A stretch of 64,000 nt of DNA from Octopus vulgaris (Eukaryota). Where the stretch lies: NCBI GenBank assembly GCA_951406725.2, contig OX597816.1, forward strand, positions 112,716,001-112,780,000, read 5' to 3'. Under the pieces are notes generated by a model. That model saw nothing but the letters and a program-made list of their open reading frames with translations. It was not told where the DNA came from and did no database searches. Position numbers and translations under genes: made by a program. Below are positions 12,891 to 25,364 of this stretch, piece by piece. Every line of letters begins with the position of its first letter. Within the stretch, counting starts at the first letter, position 1.

Positions 12891-14863
12891 AGTCCTTATT
12901 CAGAAATCTTAGCAATATTCTGCATATAACTGAACCATACAATAGTGTGAGATCGACTAAGGGCTATAAGTAAATCTATTCAGTGCTACCCAAAACAAAT
13001 GCTATATGAAATATGCACAATCTCTCTCTCCTTCCTGCTCTCTTTCTCTCAAGCACAGACACAAATACATTTCAGTACATACTGATATATATACCATTTG
13101 CTCTAACTCTTTTAAAATATCTTCCACATCCTCCACCCTTTCTTTAATTTTCTTTAAACTTGACAGTTACAGGCTTCTGTCTTTGCACTTAATTTCTCTG
13201 TATTGAGCCACTGAGGGAATCCCTATGTGACTGATGTGCCAGAAAAAGCTAAATCTCTTTCAAATCACAACCTACCATCTTAGAAAAGCAAAAAATATAT
13301 TGGAGAATTCACTTATAAATAGGCATACAGTACTGGATGGGCATGGATGGAATATCTTTAATCATAGGTTTGTTTGATCAATACTGATCTGATCTGATAC
13401 TAAGAGATGACTCCATTTAGATCTCACTTTATTTTCTTGCAGCAGTCTTTCAGTTCCATGACTCTTCCAATACTTTCTGTGAAGGCTTCATTTAATACAT
13501 TGCTTTTCTCTTACTTCTCTCCCTCCCCCCTCTCTCTCTCATACACAGATATATAACCTTTCTCTCTATTATCCTGGTCATCCTTTATCCCGTTTTTCTA
13601 GCCACTCTAGTACAATTTCTTATTTTCTCCTTATATTTCTCTTTGCTGTTGTTATTTTTACTGCTTCTGCTCAGTGGAAGAGTTCTTTTGTTTTTCTATC
13701 TTTTTATAAAGAGTTCATTTATTCAGATCACTCAAACCAATCCACTCCACTCCACTTAATTATTTTTTCAATATTTTAAAATCATTTATTAATGATTTTA
13801 CGTATTTATGTGTCTGGTTTATTATATCTCAAAATCTGTTAAATTGGGGTCTTTTAATCCAAGAGTTTAACTGTATTTACATTTTAGTTTTATTGTAGAA
13901 AGATCTGCATAAAATGTTATACAATATGAAAAGTTAGATTTTTCTTTAGTATTAAATTAAAATGTATGAAAATGTTTGAAAATTTACAATTTTTCCAGTC
14001 AGATTATTTTTTGATAAAAGTAACTTTGCAGGAAAGTTTACAAGAAACTCATAATATATGAAAGGGAGAAATTAAAACTTGATTTGGGAAAAAAATGATT
14101 TATTATATCTCTCCTTTTAAAATATTCACTTATTTTGATATATATTTTATTTATTTGTTTTTGTTTTTTGTGAAATTGTCTTTTATATTAATATTGGCTT
14201 CTAGTTAATGTTCTTTTGTCTTATTGCGTTGATTTAATAATAGTATTAACTGAACATAGTGAATTAGAAAATTTTTCAAAGTTCAGATATGGTTATAAAT
14301 TATATTTTATTAGTAGTTCTGTAAAAATATAACATTTTAATCAGCCTACCACCAAAGAACAAGTTATTTATTGTACAATAACAACACTTGCATGATTCAA
14401 TTTAAAACAAAACAAAACAAAGCCAAACTATTTTCAGCCTTATTTATTGCATAAAGAAAATACTTCAGAAAACTTTTCCATTTAACCAACCTTATTAAAA
14501 CAAAACAAAAAAGAATAGCATAAAATTTTAAAATCTCTTCAGTTAAGTTACTGTTGGCTTCTATTGGCACCTTTTGATTGTCACATAATGAGATTTTTAG
14601 TTGATACTGAGATATTCAATTTATAGGTGCAAGCAGGGCTGTGTGATTAAGAAGTTTACTTCACAACCATGTGGTTTCAAGTTCAACCCCATTGTGTGAC
14701 AAGAATCTTCTATAGCCCTGGACCAACCAAAGCTTTGAGAGCAGATTTGGTAGATGGAAGCTGAAAGAAGTTTGTTGTATATGTGTGTGAAACGTCAGTC
14801 ACAATATTTTTGTATAAGAATAATAAGTGTGTGTGTACACACACACACACACACACACACACA

Positions 14864-15050
14864 AAGGGGTGCTGAAAAGTTCCTGGCTTTGAGCAAAAGG
14901 AAGTACATGAGGATCAGTTAATTATGATTTTATTCAACATATCTCCTTCACAGATTCACACACTTATTGCAGCGGTCCTTCGGTTTCTCCAAGACCTGTA
15001 AAAGAACTTAGATGGTTGGGCCTTCAACCAGGCTTTTTGCGATACCCTTG
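14864..15050 (-). mobile_element. Mariner transposon 3' end (TIR plus transposase C-terminus remnant)
   Basis: TIR-like GGGGTGCTGAAAAGTTCCTGG; minus strand translates ...AWLKAQPSKFFLQVLEKPKDRCNKCVNL*RRYVE*, matching the mariner C-terminal consensus (R.KC...G.YVE). Confidence 0.8.
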
Positions 15051-15632
15051 TATATATATCATCATCATCATCATATGATCATTTAATGATCATTTAATCA
15101 TATTACTGGCATAATGAGCAGTAATTTGTCCTATGAAGTTAGCTTCAGCTTAAAGGAATTTGAAGTCAATGTAGTGAAACACAAGTCTTCAGAAATAATT
15201 CTCCTTATTCTCTTATGCCTCCACAGATAGCATTTCTATGCCTTTTTGTTTTTGTTGTTGTGGCTGTTGTTTCACCAGATCCAGGAGATTTATGGTAAAA
15301 AAGACTTTCCAACTACATCGTTTTTATTATTTTATTTTGTTTGGCAAGATGCATCTAAGTTTACACATCTTTGTATTTCTTTCCTTTCTAAGGCAGTAGG
15401 GTTTGATTTGAGGGTAATTTGATGGTTATTTCTAGAAGTTAAATTGCCATCCCCATATAAGTTCAATACTTTTTGCTTGTATTTTGAGTGTCATATCTCT
15501 ACATCTAGATATGGATCTATAATTTTAAAAAATAAAATAAACTAATAAAATTTTCAACTTCAAAATTTAACTTAAAAAAAAAGAACTGTTTAAACAACTA
15601 GCTCAATAAAATGAACATCACTATTATCATCA

Positions 15633-15974
15633 GTGAAGGTGCATGGCTCAGTGGTTAGAGCATCGAGCTTACGATCGTGAGGTTGTGAGCTCAAATCCCG
15701 GACCGGGCTGCGTGTTGTGTTCTCGAGCAAGGCACTTTATTTCACGTTGCTCCAGTTCACTCAGCTGTAGAAATGAGTTGCGACGTCACTGGTGCCAAGC
15801 TGTATCGACCTTTGTCTTTCCTTTGGATAACACTGGTGGCGTGGAGAGGGGAGGCTGGTATGCATGGGCGACTGCTGGCCTTCCATAAACAATCTTGCCC
15901 GGACTTGTGTCTAGGAGGGTAACTTTCTAGGTGCAATCCCATGGTCATTCATGACCGAAGGGGGTCTTTACCCT
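15633..15974 (+). mobile_element. Full-length young tRNA-derived SINE (V/Meta-like central domain)
   Basis: A box TGGCTCAGTGG, B-box-like GAGCTCAAATCC, GTGTTGTGTTCTCGAGCAAGGCACTTT domain; TATTATCATCA repeated at 15622-15632 and 15975-15985 (TSD). Confidence 0.9.
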
Positions 15975-16340
15975 TATTATCATCATTATCATAGTCATCA
16001 TCATGATGACCATCATCATAATTTCAAGTCTGTTTTTCCATGCCAGCACAGATTGGACAAGTTGTTTTGGACCAAATCAATTCGTATTCAGAGATACTGC
16101 TTTCCTAGATGGAAAACATCTGGGAAACATGTTGAACTTTTGTTTTGCTCCATCTTATAGCATGGCCTATTTTCTACAGCTGGAGCCTTTCATTGCCAAC
16201 CACTTTGAAAAGTGTACTAGGTGCAAGATAACCAAACACATAGAAATAAAAAATATATGCGGAAAAATATTCACTAAGATATAAATAATTCAATTACACA
16301 ACATGTTTACGCACACACACATAAATAACCTCTATACATT

Positions 16341-16740
16341 GGTGCAGGCATAGCTGCATGGTTTAGATGTTTGCTTTCCAATTATTTGGTTTCGGGTTCA
16401 GTCCAGCTGTACAGCACTGTGGGCAAGTGTTTTCTCCTATACCAGAGTGAACAAAGCCTTGTGAGTGGGTTCTGTTGATAAAAACTGAAGGAAGGCTTCT
16501 TTGTCTGTGTGTACATCTGTGTTTGTTTATATCTTGCTCTACGGAAGTTGTGATGTATGGGCGGTGTTTGTAGTTCTCTTATTAATGAATCATCTGTTTG
16601 CTTAATAACTTTGAAGCATTGTGGAAAGAGATCCCTTACCTGAAAATCAATAAAGGTATGTGACAGGAAGAGCAAATGATTGTGAGACAAATTCTGATAA
16701 CATTTTCATTTAACTCATGTAAGCATGGTAAAAAGGATAT
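16341..16740 (+). mobile_element. tRNA-SINE family A composite, degenerate
   Basis: GGTGCAGGCATAGCTG...GGGTTCAGTCC...GGGCAAGTG...AAAGCCTTGTGAGTG. Confidence 0.7.
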
Positions 16741-16964
16741 AAAACAAAGGAATATACATGCACATAATATATAATGTAACACACATACATGTAAGCAGAT
16801 AGCTGCTTAACAAGGTGGGGTATATAGTAATCAATGATAAGTAAATAATATTGTACTGAAGCTGAAGCAATTTCACAAACTCTTTCTCATAGTTTCACAT
16901 AACTATTCGCCAGACAGTTGTACGAATTTAAAATAATTCCAAAACTGAATTTTTTTTTAGCTTC

Positions 16965-17032
<68 letters not shown>

Positions 17033-17289
17033 TTGTAAGATTATGATTATCATGTAAGATTATTATTATTATTTGTAAGATTAAGATTATCATGTGTTGA
17101 AACAAATATTGTTACATTTAGAGATATCGTTATATTTGTGTCTCCTCTTCTCCCTGGTCTTGTCTTCCAGGAAAGAAAGTCATTGAATTGGTTGCACAAT
17201 GTGTGACAAAAGAACTATGACAAATAAACTAATAAATAAACTAATGACAATTTTAGTATATGTACTACCGAAGAAAGTGGACTCTTGCT

Positions 17290-17570
17290 TCAAAAACAAC
17301 ATATAAGTGTTCAGCTCTTGCTAAACGACCTGCACAAATAATTTGATTGTAGTGATCAAGTGTATGTGCTGTATGTTAGCTCACTCTATCAAATTAACAT
17401 TGCCTAAACTGGTGCACAGTGTACCACACATCAGGTATCAAAGTGTTCGCAGAATAGTGTGAGATGAAGTTTTTTGCTCAAGAACACAATGCACTACCTG
17501 GTCTCGGAATTGAAACTAGGATCTTGCAATCATCGGTGCAACACCCTAGCCACTAGGCCATACATTCTCA
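17290..17570 (-). mobile_element. tRNA-derived SINE (V-like)
   Basis: Minus strand TGGCCTAGTGGCTAGGGTG...GTTTCAATTCCGAGACCAGG...TTGTGTTCTTGAGCAAAA. Confidence 0.75.
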
Positions 17571-18144
17571 CAGTAGTAGTAGTAGTAGTAGTAGTAATAA
17601 TAATAATTCTTTTGTACTATAAGCACAAGGCCTGGATTAATAATAATAATAAAGCTGAAGTGAAGATCAAATTCATAGTGCATGTTTGTTGGCAAAAATG
17701 ACTATCCCAAATGCAACAGTATATATTTATGTACGTATGTATATATATATTATCTTACATGTGTATCATGAAAATATAATATACAATATTCCCTTTTTTA
17801 ACGTTATCATGAGGGTATGCCCTGGCATCTTGTCACCACCATATTTACCTGTCATTTGGGCACCACTCAAGCCTCCCCTATCCACCCATATTACCACGGA
17901 TCTTCTCATCATGTTCCTCTTCCTCTCACAACTCCTTGCTTGAAATGACCACCCTATCTTTTATCGTCCCTCTCAGTTGAGAAGATCTCAAGTCTTGCAT
18001 AATACAAGAGGATCTCACTAGTGCTGGTGTCAAGAAAAATGTATTTACACTATATATGCATTACATAACATGTATATATAATGTGTATGTGTGTTTGTAT
18101 GCATGTGTGTGTGCGTGTATATATATATATATATATATATATAT

Positions 18145-18365
18145 GAGGACTGCTGTGTTAAGAAGTGTTGATTTAACTGTGGAGGGAACCTGTGGTACAG
18201 GTAGACCCAGGAAGATATGGAACAAGGTGGTGAAGCATGATCCTTGAAAATTGGGTTTCTCAGAGGTAATGACTAATAACTGAAACCTTCGGCAATATGC
18301 TGTGCTTGAGAAGACTCGTCAAGTCAAGTGAAGTCGTGGCTGATGCTGACGTCACATAACTGGCC
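18145..18365 (+). mobile_element. RTE LINE C-terminal fragment
   Basis: Translates VEGTCGTGRPRKIWNKVVKHD, homologous to VEGIRRRGRPRKTWDEVVKHD of the RTE at 38540-39664. Confidence 0.85.
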
Positions 18366-18632
18366 TGTATGTATGTATGTATGTATGTATGTATGTATGT
18401 ACATGCACTCATACTTGTGTGTGTTTATATGACGAAAAAGAGAGCCGTATATTCCATCATTGGAAATGTAAAGAAGGTCATTAGATAGCTTTGGATAAAG
18501 AGAGCAGATCGGTGGAATGCAAGCCCAGCGGGGGCTACTGGGTGAGGTGGGTCTGATGCTGAAAGACCCAGAACTCCCTACAATCCCAGAAACATCTCTG
18601 ATTTATCCCAGAGCATTCACGAGATTTATCTA

Positions 18633-18687
18633 GCAACTGAAGAGGGTGTCTTAACTTGGCTTAACATTGAAACTTAAAGTTTTATGC
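18633..18687 (+). ncRNA. Degenerate type I minimal hammerhead ribozyme motif (Penelope-like LTR remnant)
   Basis: GCAA-CTGAAGA-G-GGTGT..ACATT-GAAA-CTTAAAGT-T-TTATGC: intact core boxes, G.U-decayed stem II, near-palindromic stem III. Confidence 0.5.
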
Positions 18688-18901
18688 ACACCTATGGTAT
18701 TATGCATGTATCATGTATGAATGATTATGGTGCTCCTGAAATATCCGTTGAGATTAGAATTGACATAATTCCTTTTGTTTTCTTTATTCTGTAATCTGTA
18801 TTTTGTGTTCCATGTAAGTTCATGCTTTGAGCCTATCTTTATTTGCATGCTTTGAACCTGTGTTTATTTGCATTTCTTCATATATACATACATACATACA
18901 T

Positions 18902-19082
18902 ACATTGCCATGATAGATCGTTATCCACTACACACATTTTTTTCTCTCCTTGTTTTTTCTGTGTACCTTTCTGTAGAAGAGCGTAGGCTCGAAACGTAAA
19001 AGACTTTTTCTATTCCTGAGCGTTATACTAATACATCTGTTTATTTTGTCTTTTGTTTTTTGTTTTTTTCATAAACTTTCCC

Positions 19083-19083
<1 letters not shown>
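18902..19083 (+). mobile_element. Penelope-like LTR fragment with minimal hammerhead motif (18967-19002)
   Basis: CTTT-CTGTAGA-A-GAGC-GTAG-GCTC-GAAA-CGT-A-AAAG; embedded between (TACA)n and (TA)n. Confidence 0.7.
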
Positions 19084-19113
<30 letters not shown>

Positions 19114-19119
19114 GTATAA

Positions 19120-19530
19120 GCATGGCTTAGTGGTTAGGGCATTTGGCTCTTGATTGTAAGGTTGTGAGTTCAATGATGTGCCTGTTCTATATATACAGCG
19201 AAGGTGTGTAGTTTAGTGGTTAGAGTATTCAGCTCATGATCGTAATATCATGAGTTCAATTCCTGGCGATGTGTTGTGTCCTTGAGCAAGACACTTTATT
19301 TTCATATTGCTCCAGTCCACTCAGCTGGCAAAAATTAGGTGTGCCTGAGTTTCAAAGGGCCAGCCTTGTCACGTACTGTGTCATGCTGAATCTCCCAAAG
19401 AACTGCATTAAAGTTACTTGTGTCTGTGGAGTGCTCAACTACTTGCACATTAATTTCACAAGCAGGCTGTTCTGCTGATCAAATCAACTAGAACCCTTGT
19501 CATCATCATAACCGATGGAATGCCAGTTAT
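19120..19530 (+). mobile_element. tRNA-SINE (V-like) with two tandem tRNA-like heads
   Basis: TGGCTTAGTGGTTAGGGC..GAGTTCAAT, then TAGTTTAGTGGTTAGAG..GAGTTCAATTCC and GTGTTGTGTCCTTGAGCAAGACACTTT. Confidence 0.8.
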
Positions 19531-20909
19531 ATATGCACACATACACACACACCTGTGCAATTTAAAGTATTCATCAATTATAATGAATTTGCCATGGCAA
19601 GAAGCCATAAATATGGAATAAACTTATTTTCTTGTTTTCATTTAATATTCCTGTAGTTGACTAGATGAATCCTGTATAAAATATGTTATAGACCCAAGTT
19701 ATGCAATTCTCAGAAATAGTTTTAGAAAGTGTCTCAAAAGCATAAAATCCTTCCAATAATGTCTTAAAGCAGAGTATTCTCTATACCCACTAAGTTTTCA
19801 TATGGTGTGCTTTATGAAAATAGATATATTCAATAGATTTTATAGAATTTCCACCTGATGTAGGCCATAGAGATCAAGCGCATATGAATATAATCAAGAG
19901 CAATTTACCAGAAATCAATAGTTATTTTAGTGCTTATGCTGTATCTGAGCAGGGTTTCACAGCAACCGTTTTTAGAATTTCTTTAGAAATATATCAAATG
20001 TACATTTTCTTGTTCAAAGAGTCTGTGATATTTCTTCTTGTGCTTCCTGTTAAAAATACATAGGTTTTATTTTTATTATTATTTCTTTTCTTTGTATCTT
20101 TTCCTTATATCATTAATACTATTATCAGCATGATCATTGGAATCTGCTGCTGTGTTTGATGAGGTCTACCTTTTACAATCAATTTCTCATCTTCTATTAT
20201 CATCGCAGCAATATCATAAACAACACCTGATACCTCTGATACTCTGCAACATTATCTCATCTCAACCTTGTTCAGATTAACATGGCATTCTCAATATATG
20301 ATATTTTATGTTCATTCTGTTTCAAGCTTCACTCTTTATACATCACTACTAAATATGTTATCCACGCATCTAAATTACACATTATAAAATCCCCTATTTC
20401 AAAGTGAGCCATTTCTATTATCATTTCTAAGTTCTTGATAGAATAGGAAACATGTTACTCATAACCTTTTATAAGAAATTGATTATGTATCCCTATTTCT
20501 CTAATACATCAAGTTTGCCATCTTATATAGCCTCTGACTTCACTAGTTCAATCTTAAGAGTTATCTGAATTATTCTAAATGTGTATATGCTTATATACAA
20601 CAAATGACTGCTAACTTTGAGTCTTTTCCTTTTTCTTTTATGCTAATGAAACTTTTACATTTAACATTCATAACATGCAAGCCAATCTGTCATCTTTGGG
20701 TTCTAATTTAATATTATATATCATATTATATATTGATGGCCACCGTGAGAAATAAAAAAAACTACAGAAATCTTTTTCTTTTACATTGCCATTGGATATT
20801 TGCATCTAATTGTAATTTTCACTTTACTTTATGTATTCATGTAGTAAAATGTACAACAAAAGTTTTGTTGGAGTTTAATAAATTTACTGCATAATCTATC
20901 ATTATCTTT

Positions 20910-21177
20910 TATCTTTTACTTGTTTCAGTCATTAGACTGCAGCCATGCTGGGGCACCATCTTGGAGAATTTAGAGTCATATGAATTGTCTCCTGTACTTG
21001 ATTTTTTTTTCCAAAGCTGTTACTTATTCTATCAGTCTATTTTGCTGAACCATGTAAGCATACCAATACTTGTTGTCAAGTAGTGGTGGGAAACAAATAC
21101 AGACACAAAGATGCAACACACACACACACAACAGACTTTTTTCAATTTCTGTCTACCGAATCCACTTACAAGGCTGT
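20910..21177 (-). mobile_element. tRNA-SINE family A, body and tail
   Basis: Reverse complement of the 27480-27894 family. Confidence 0.8.
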
Positions 21178-21489
21178 GATGCTACTATTACATTTTCTTT
21201 GAATCAAGTTTCTAAGTGTTTGGACGTAGGAGTCTAGTGTTTAGCGCTATTGTATGTGGTATTTTTTTCAGTCACAATCATTGTTGATGCAACAGATAAC
21301 TTTGTTTAAGATGTGTTTTATATCTGCTTTTCCATGATGGAATGGATTAGATAACCTTTCTGTCACCAACCCTTTTAGTTGCTTCTTAAATCATGCAGCA
21401 ATGTAGAGTATCTATTCTAAAACAAGGATATATATATATATATATAGATATATATATACATACACACACACACACACACACACACTCAC

Positions 21490-21624
21490 ACATGGCTGTG
21501 TGGTAAGAAGCTTGCTTCCAGGTTCAGTCCAGCCATGCGGTAACTTGGCAGCCTTCTACTTTAGCCTCAGGCCAACCAAAGCCTTGTGAGTGGACATGGT
21601 AGACAGAAACGGGAAGATGTCCGT

Positions 21625-21683
<59 letters not shown>

Positions 21684-21882
21684 CTTTGTGTCTTTGTTCA
21701 TCCCCTTCCACCTCTTGACAACCATCCCCATAATTTAGTAGTTCAGCAAAAGACACTGATAGAATAAATATTTTAAAAATAGATAAATGAATAAGTTCTG
21801 GGGTTTATTTATTTGACTAAAACCTTTCAAGGCAGTGCCCCAGCATAGCTGCAGTGAAATGTCTAAAAGAAGTAAAAGATAA
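21490..21882 (+). mobile_element. tRNA-SINE family A with internal (TA)n(TG)n
   Basis: TGGCTGTGTGGTAAGAAGCTTGC...CCAAAGCCTTGTGAGTGG...CCCAGCATAGCTGCAGT. Confidence 0.85.
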
Positions 21883-23879
21883 ATCACACACACACACACA
21901 CACACACATAAATATCGTACCTTACTATACATTTCCAATTTTCCATAATATGCTGCTTAGTACATCGTTATTTGATTAATTCACTACCTTGGCAACAAAA
22001 TTACCATTATGTAAATATCACCTACTGGTTTATTAAGTTGATATATGTAGTGACTTTAAATATCCATAAGCTATATTTTTATCTCCAAACAGATGAAGTG
22101 GCTGTGGCCTCTTTGGCCAACTGACACAACAGGTGATTCCCTATCATGTAAACTTTTACTTACAGCTAAATGAATTAAATTATCTGTACCCAAATACATC
22201 ATTGCTAACTGTTTCATAAACCTTTATGAAGCAAAGTTTGACAGTGGCTTCAAAGTTTCATCTTACTAGCCATCACTGTATATTTGTGGTGTGTGTGGGA
22301 AAGAGAGAGAGAGAGAGTGAGAGACTTTTCATAATATACATTCCTATATATATGTGTGTATGTGTGCATTTAATAAACGTTTCATTGCTATGTATACATA
22401 TATATTCAATTTGAGAGTTATACTTCTTACAAATTGCATTATACATTTCTGTCATTATACAAATTATACATTATGGCTACTCATATTTTGTTGATATTTA
22501 TAGGTAGCTTGTAACTATGTGATTTATATCTTAGTAAACTTTCCAATATTCCACTTCCATTGAGTCTCTTCAATATATGCTTACATATGTCTCTCTCTCT
22601 CTAAAATAGATGTGCATGTGTGTTATATAGTGGGTTACTCACCCAAGAAATTATGTTAATGCTATTTTTCTATTTATGAACTTTAACATTGCATAAAATT
22701 GCAAATTATATATACATTTTTAAAATTCATTTTCATTTAACTAGTGTTTCTGATTTTGCAATCTACCACAAAATATTCAACTCTAGTTATTAAGTTCTAT
22801 TTAAGCTATGAATCAACTGTTAAGATTTTAATGCTTATGATATTAAACATTATAAGCTGCAGCTGTGTTATATTTAAGAAGATGAGATAGTAAAGACCCT
22901 AAGCAACAAATATAGAGTTTGTCCCTTCATTGAACCTTAGCTCATGTTTTTCATTTCAAATTACCATAAATTATTTACGTTTTTCTCGTAAATCATATTT
23001 GGTAAGAAATTAAATTGCAAATCGTTTGAATTTTTCATAAAGTTTAATAATTATACTAATTTTCTATAAATATCCAATCTTATTTTCCATATCTTTTATC
23101 AACATAGGCATTCCAAGAGAATGTTTAATACAAGGATTAATATTTTTAGATGATGTTTGGGAAATCACTGTAAAAGTGATGTAAAAGCATGTTTGATTTT
23201 GTTTATTATGTACTATTTCTATATTGAGATCTCTCTCTATCTATCTATCTATCTAGAATTTTTGTTAGAAACCTCTGTCCTTTCTGTGGTTAGTTTAAAA
23301 GATAAACTAATGTTTTCTAAGATTGTTATAGCAATCTCGTATATACTTTATCATTCTCATTGTTCAGGGTGCTGTGCTCTGCTTTAAATATATTATCATC
23401 ATCTTTAAGTAACTGTTTTATTATATGAAGTTATTTTTCTTAACTTAACTTTATTTCAAGTTGTTGATCATTCATTGTCTTTCATTTTTGAATGACTTAC
23501 ATTAAATTTGCTATCAGCAACCATCCTCAAATATTCATCAAATGACATTTCAAGGTCAATACTTTAACTGAAATAATTTAATTCAATATGAAACTTGTCC
23601 TATTACTATATTATGCATTTCATATAATCAATTGATGGAATTATTAAAATTCATAATCTATTTATATAAATCATTATTAAGTTTGTAATACTTGTTCAAT
23701 CCAATCATCTATTTACTCAATACACACCTAAACAAATATCAATGAATGTATTATCATGTATGTTCTCTTATTTTTAAGAATTCTTTAAAGTTTACTATCA
23801 CTAAAGAATTAATCTCTACCCAAAAGAGAAACGTCAGGCAGCAGCTTAGTAGAACTTTAAGTAAAATACTTTTAGTGTT

Positions 23880-24350
23880 CTAACAATAAGTTAACATTTC
23901 TGAAATCTGATGTGGTTTATTCTATGTAGGCAGGAATCTCAGCTTCTCCAGTTTTCTTTGTAAACACTTGGTAATGTATCAAAAGTACCAATGATTATAG
24001 GTGCAAATATCAATCTGTAATCTGGTTATATAAGCTGAAAGTGTATAAGAAACAATCTTGTTGTGTTCCAGATAATTATATCAGCTCTGCTCTGTTTGCA
24101 TTTGTTGGATATCTTAATTGGTATTTTCTACACTGTTAAAAGGTATTAATGCACCAATATCACTGAAAGTTTTGGCACTTCCATGTGTAAAGTCGTCTAT
24201 ACAAACACCATTGTATAGTGCTTTGAGAATTATATTATGACACCTGTAGAATTGATATTTTGAATGTATAGATTCATGTTAAAGCTTGATTCATACATAT
24301 GTATCTTTGGATTTTTGTTTCTATCTTATTTTTGATTTCTCGCCTGGAAA
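23880..24350 (-). mobile_element. Fossil of RLE-encoding non-LTR retrotransposon (R4/Dong/NeSL type), endonuclease region
   Basis: Minus strand gives YRCHNIILKALYN (RHD-region like), KIPIKISNKCKQSRADIIIWN (RPD motif) and QLI*PDYRLIFAPIIIGTF (PIIIGALG motif); stops and deletions present. Confidence 0.75.
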
Positions 24351-25364
24351 GAAAAATGAATAAATTATGTAAATTTGGATAAGTTCATGGAGATGTATTT
24401 CAGTTTTTTACCTTTTCTCACATTTTCCGGAGACATTGAAATGTTCATTGATTAATGTAAATCAAAAAATGTTTCTCAAATATAACAAATCCATGCTCTC
24501 TAGAAGAAGTTAAAGATACTTCATATCAACCTAGAATTCACTTGCTCAATTGACAGGACACTATTTCACCTTGCAAAGATTTATTAAATCAAGTTAAACT
24601 AACATAAATTCTATTTGGTCTTACGACACCAATTTTATTAGTGTTATCCTGTACAAGTTATCTGATAAATTTCAGTTACAATGACTGTTCTGATACCAAG
24701 GTCTATTACTGTGAAATGTTTTGATAACAATTTATCTTCATTTGCTTACCTTCATACACTCTCACACACATATGTGCATGTGTGCACATATTCATACACA
24801 TATACACACACATGTGTATATGTATGTTTACATATGCACAATATTTGCCCTGCTGGTTATGGCAATCAGGATTCCAGTTGTTTGGTCAACTGGGCTTACT
24901 TACACATCAAATTACAGTATTAGTGGTCAAGTATGTTCTGCTCATATGTGTCTTTAATATAATCCTCAGGCAGAATTAGCATCACACAGAATCTATCAGG
25001 ACTGACGTTTTGAATTAAAGGTACAGTTCCTCTAACAATCTTCCACAAATCACTAAATCTGGAGTGACCTGAGACTGCAATTCAGACATATTGTCCAGAG
25101 CTGTGCTAAACTGTGAGATTGATGAACCTCGGATCTCATGGCTGTAAAGTGAACTTCTAAACAAATTGCCATGCCCATGCACACACACACAATTTGGTAA
25201 CAAAACTAAACTTTGATAAGTTGTTGTCTCCCATACACACACACTTTTTGTTCTTATTCAAAAGGGAGAAATCCTACAATAATTTTTACTTTGTAATTAT
25301 TTTTCATATTTTCCCCTCAGTATCTTAGATTGTTCTGTCATTTCCTTTTATTTATCTACTTCAG

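Noticed and set aside
15638-15710. Possible tRNA gene (also 19120, 54360)
   Set aside because: tRNA-like heads continue into SINE bodies, with imperfect acceptor stems and TSDs
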